Below are positions 61,091-64,000 of a stretch of DNA of 64,000 nucleotides, piece by piece. Numbering within the stretch: the first letter of the stretch is position 1; every line of letters begins with the position of its first letter. Both the position numbers and the translations under genes were made by a program. The stretch covers positions 662 to 64,661 of the forward strand of contig DATDMD010000159.1 of the NCBI GenBank assembly GCA_036518975.1, read 5' to 3'. This stretch comes from Baekduia sp. (GTDB taxonomy: Bacteria; Actinomycetota; Thermoleophilia; Solirubrobacterales; Solirubrobacteraceae). Under the pieces are notes generated by a model. That model was not told the DNA's origin. It searched no databases and saw only the letters and a program-made list of their open reading frames with translations.

Positions 61091-61765
61091 ATGCAACGAA
61101 CGACGTACGCGGATGGCGCCCGCCGCGCGTGGCCCCTCGCGGTCGCCGTCGGCGGCTTCGGGATCACCTACGGCGTGCTCGCGCGGCAGGCCGGCTTCAC
61201 CTCCGCGGCGACGATCGTGTTCTCGATCGTGACGTTCGCCGGCAGCGCGCAGTTCGCCGCCGTGTCGATCGTGCGCGACGGCGGGACGGCGCTCGCGGCG
61301 ATCGTCGCCGCGCTGCTGCTCAACGCGCGCTACCTGCCGATCGGGCTGTCGGTCGCGCCCTGGCTGCGCGGCCGGCCGCTCACGCGCGCCGCGCAGGGCC
61401 AGATCACCGTGGACGAGTCGTGGGCCGTCAGCCACGTCGGCGGCGGCCGCTACGACCCGCGGCTGCTCGTCGGCGCCGGCGCGACGATCTGGGCGGCCTG
61501 GGTCGTCTGCTCGACGGCGGGCGTCCTGGCCGGCTCGGTGCTCGGCGATCCCGAGACGCTCGGCCTCGACGCCGCGTTCCCCGCGCTGTTCCTGGCGCTG
61601 CTCGCCGGCCAGGTCCGCGAGCGCCGCCTGCTGCTCGCGGCCGTCGCGGGCGGGGCGGTCGCGCTCGTCATGGTCCCGCTGGTGCCGCCCGGCCTGCCGA
61701 TCGTCGCCGCGGCGGTCGTCTGCCTCGCGGGACTGCGGCGGACCCGGACCAGGACGCCCGCATGA
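61091..61765 (+). CDS. azlC: AzlC-family branched-chain amino acid exporter permease
   Basis: FAGSAQFA, LLNARY, VDESWA, GLDAAFPALF. Confidence 0.92.
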   Translation: MQRTTYADGARRAWPLAVAVGGFGITYGVLARQAGFTSAATIVFSIVTFAGSAQFAAVSIVRDGGTALAAIVAALLLNARYLPIGLSVAPWLRGRPLTRAAQGQITVDESWAVSHVGGGRYDPRLLVGAGATIWAAWVVCSTAGVLAGSVLGDPETLGLDAAFPALFLALLAGQVRERRLLLAAVAGGAVALVMVPLVPPGLPIVAAAVVCLAGLRRTRTRTPA

Positions 61766-62067
61766 GCACGGCGTGGATCGTCGTCCTCGGTGCCGGCGGC
61801 GGGACGCTCGTCCTCAAGGGCCTCGCGCCCGCGGTCCTCGGCGACCGCGCGCTCCCAGACCGGCTGATGGGCGTGATGGCGCTCCTCGCGCCTACGCTGC
61901 TGGCCGCGCTGATCGTCACGAACACGTTCGCGACCGGCCGCCACCTCGTCCTCGACGCCCGCGCCGCCGGGCTCGCCGCGGCGCTGATCGCGGTCCTCCT
62001 GCGCGCGCCGGTGCTCGTCGTGATCCTCGCGGCGGCGGTGACGGCGGCCGTGCTGCGGGCGCTCTGA
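61762..62067 (+). CDS. azlD: AzlD-family small subunit
   Basis: 101-aa hydrophobic protein, LAPTLLAALI, ATGA overlap with azlC. Confidence 0.88.
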   Translation: MSTAWIVVLGAGGGTLVLKGLAPAVLGDRALPDRLMGVMALLAPTLLAALIVTNTFATGRHLVLDARAAGLAAALIAVLLRAPVLVVILAAAVTAAVLRAL

Positions 62068-62262
62068 GACGCCATACAGGTCGCTTTCCGCGCGCAAAGT
62101 GATGCACTTCTTCCCATCGCCGCCGCCGGTGGCCGCGGCATCCGTACGTTCCGTTTCCTCGGGTTCGCGCGACGGGAGGCGCCGGAGCGAGCGTGCATTC
62201 AGGACCGGTGAGGGTGCTGCTGTGGCGAAGGCCCAAGGGGTGCGTCCGCCACCGCAGCGCCC

Positions 62263-63849
62263 CTACCTCCGCCGCAGCGACCGCAGCGTGCGGGTCGCGA
62301 CGGCCAGCGCCGGCCGCGCGCCCTCGCGCAGGCCGCGCTCCCGATCGGCGTCGCGCGTCGAGCGCAGCCGCGCGAGCGCCCGGCCCGCCGGCGCCAGCGC
62401 GCGGTCGTACGGGAACCACCAGAACGCGGTGCCGTGCGGCGGCTCCCAGGTGACGACCTTCGGCTCGGCGCACGTGCGCAGCGCGACGGCGCCCCGCGCG
62501 CGGCCGATGCCCGAGCCGCGCACGCCGCCCCACGGCAGCTGCGGCGCGGCGCGCGAGACGTGGTGGTCGTTCATCCACACCATGCCGACGCGCAGCTCGC
62601 GCGCGATCCGCGTGCCCTTGTAGCGGTCGGCCGTCCAGACCGACGCGCCGAGCCCGAGCGGGGAGCCGTTGACCAGCGTGATCGCGTCGGCCTCGGTGTC
62701 GACCACCGTCACCGAGACGACTGGGCCGGGACACTCCTCGTAGGCCAGCCGCACGCCCTCCGACACGCCCGTCAGGACCGCGGGGGCGCAGAACGCGCCG
62801 CCCAGTCCCGGGACCGCGACCGGCCCGCCGCAGTGCAGCCGCGCGCCGGCGGCGACGGCCTCGTCGAGCAGCTCGGTCACGCGGTCCAGGCGCTCGCCGC
62901 CGACGAGCGGGCCGACCTCGGTGTCGAGGTCGCGCGGGTCGCCGACGCGCAGCGCGCGGGCGCGGGCGGTCAACCCCTCCAACAACGCGTCGGCCACCTC
63001 GCGCAGGACGTAGACGCGCTCGATCGAGCCGCCCGACTGGCCGGCGTTGACGAACGCGCCCCACGCGATGCCCTCGACGGCGCGGGTGACGTCGGCGTCG
63101 GCGCACACGATCGCGGCGTCCGCGCCGCCCAGCTCGGCGACGACCCGCTTGATCCCGCGCGCGCACGCCTCCAGGACCGTGCCGCCGGCCGGCGCGCTGC
63201 CGGTGAAGCGCACCTGCGCGACCGGCGCCTCGACCAGCGCGGCGCCCGTCGCGGCGTCGCCATGCACGACGCCGAGCAGCCCGGGCGGGAGGCCGGCGCG
63301 CGCGAAGACGCGGGCGATCCGCGCGCCGCTGAGCGCCGCGTGCGGCGACGGCTTGAGGACGACGCCGTTGCCGGCCATCAGCGCGACGGCGACGTCGCCC
63401 AACGGTGTGGCGAACGGCTCGGCCGCCGGCCCGAGGACGCCGACGACGCCGAGCGGCTCGTACGACCAGCGCGCCCGCGCGAACGGGTGCAGCGCGCGCG
63501 ATAGGCCGACGCGCTCGCCGGCGAGGATCCGCGGGCCGTGCTCGGCCAGCCACTGCAGCGTCTCGATCGCCGGGACGAGCTCGCCGAGGTCGACCTCCGC
63601 CGCCGGCCGGCCCTGCTCGCGGGAGATGAGGTCGGCCAGCTCGTCGGCCTCGTCGATCACCGCCTGCGCGGCGCGCGCCATGTAGCGGGCACGGTCGGCG
63701 AGCCGCAGCTGCGCCCACAAGCCCTGCACCGCGGCGGCCTCCGCGACGGCGGCGCGGACGTCCTGCGCCGACGCGATCGGGACGGTCCCGAGCGTCTCGC
63801 CGGTCGCCGGCGCGAGGGCGTCGAGCGTCGGGGTCGTGTCGGCGGCCAC
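62263..63849 (-). CDS. Aldehyde dehydrogenase-fold protein lacking the catalytic Cys
   Basis: PATGE, EPLGVVG, GNGVVLKPS, FTGS, ELGG, GLGASVW, PWGG..SG.GR; GQSGGS at the usual GQxC site. Confidence 0.88.
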   Translation of the reverse strand: MAADTTPTLDALAPATGETLGTVPIASAQDVRAAVAEAAAVQGLWAQLRLADRARYMARAAQAVIDEADELADLISREQGRPAAEVDLGELVPAIETLQWLAEHGPRILAGERVGLSRALHPFARARWSYEPLGVVGVLGPAAEPFATPLGDVAVALMAGNGVVLKPSPHAALSGARIARVFARAGLPPGLLGVVHGDAATGAALVEAPVAQVRFTGSAPAGGTVLEACARGIKRVVAELGGADAAIVCADADVTRAVEGIAWGAFVNAGQSGGSIERVYVLREVADALLEGLTARARALRVGDPRDLDTEVGPLVGGERLDRVTELLDEAVAAGARLHCGGPVAVPGLGGAFCAPAVLTGVSEGVRLAYEECPGPVVSVTVVDTEADAITLVNGSPLGLGASVWTADRYKGTRIARELRVGMVWMNDHHVSRAAPQLPWGGVRGSGIGRARGAVALRTCAEPKVVTWEPPHGTAFWWFPYDRALAPAGRALARLRSTRDADRERGLREGARPALAVATRTLRSLRRR

Positions 63850-63885
63850 GCCGCCGATCTTGTCACGTCGCGTTGCGGGCGGGCC

Positions 63886-64000
63886 CTACTCGCGTCCGCG
63901 CGCCCGGCGGATCGCGGCGAGGCGCTCGGCGAACGGCGCCTCCTGGCCGTCGGGCGCGTAGAAGCGCGTGCCCTCCAGGCCGGGCGGCATGACCTCCTGG
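63886..64000 (-). CDS. rarA: C-terminus of replication-associated recombination protein A (RarA/MgsA), partial
   Basis: Hand translation QEVMPPGLEGTRFYAPDGQEAPFAERLAAIRRARGRE* resembles the MgsA C-terminal Q..lP......fY.P..G.E pattern. Confidence 0.7.
   Translation of the reverse strand, partial: QEVMPPGLEGTRFYAPDGQEAPFAERLAAIRRARGRE

Noticed and set aside
62070-62262. Spacer between azlD and the ALDH-like gene with hairpin GGGTGCTGC.GTGGCG...CGCCAC.GCAGCGCCC
   Set aside because: Adequately explained as a terminator-like structure between convergent genes; no second copy recognised

Overview
GC-rich (by eye above 70%) actinobacterial chromosome segment. Gene content and protein style suggest class Thermoleophilia, order Solirubrobacterales (Baekduia/Conexibacter-like; inference). 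It is mostly core genome. In order: purA (5' part), dnaB, rplI, rpsR, a pentapeptide-repeat gene, ssb and rpsF; a response regulator/histidine kinase/HtrA/TreT/OtsA run; a degenerate M28-like polytopic membrane protein paired with a sortase; thiL, infA, class A PBP and MscS; a GT-C mannosyltransferase/HAD/CPBP/L,D-transpeptidase run; ybdK and pyrE; a REC-PP2C/CHASE3 kinase/REC module; tRNA-Arg(CCT) followed by two fused gene remnants; TMEM175; an Opp/Dpp ABC operon; ybaK, kup, dtd, AEC transporter, galT-like and tlpA; a large SF2 helicase with acidic and basic low-complexity regions; two bPH_2 proteins; birA and DUF62; cobA-hemD, hemC, hemA and ccmABCD; mog, a GxGD-protease-like gene and moaC; sirC; an MpaB-like oxygenase; azlCD with its regulator; a degenerate aldehyde dehydrogenase; and the 3' end of rarA. 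No CRISPR array, rRNA, transposase or integrase is visible. Best leads: (1) a GAA1-like M28 pseudo-peptidase next to a sortase, with a PIG-V-like GT-C enzyme nearby, as a possible glycolipid protein-anchoring system; (2) a presenilin/SPP-like GxGD protein between Moco genes; (3) a probably leaderless Cys-rich N-terminal extension on SirC; (4) an ALDH pseudoenzyme; (5) a ~420 bp inverted-repeat element carrying a recurring GGTCA...GACC hairpin. All calls come from reading motifs by eye; no database searches were run.
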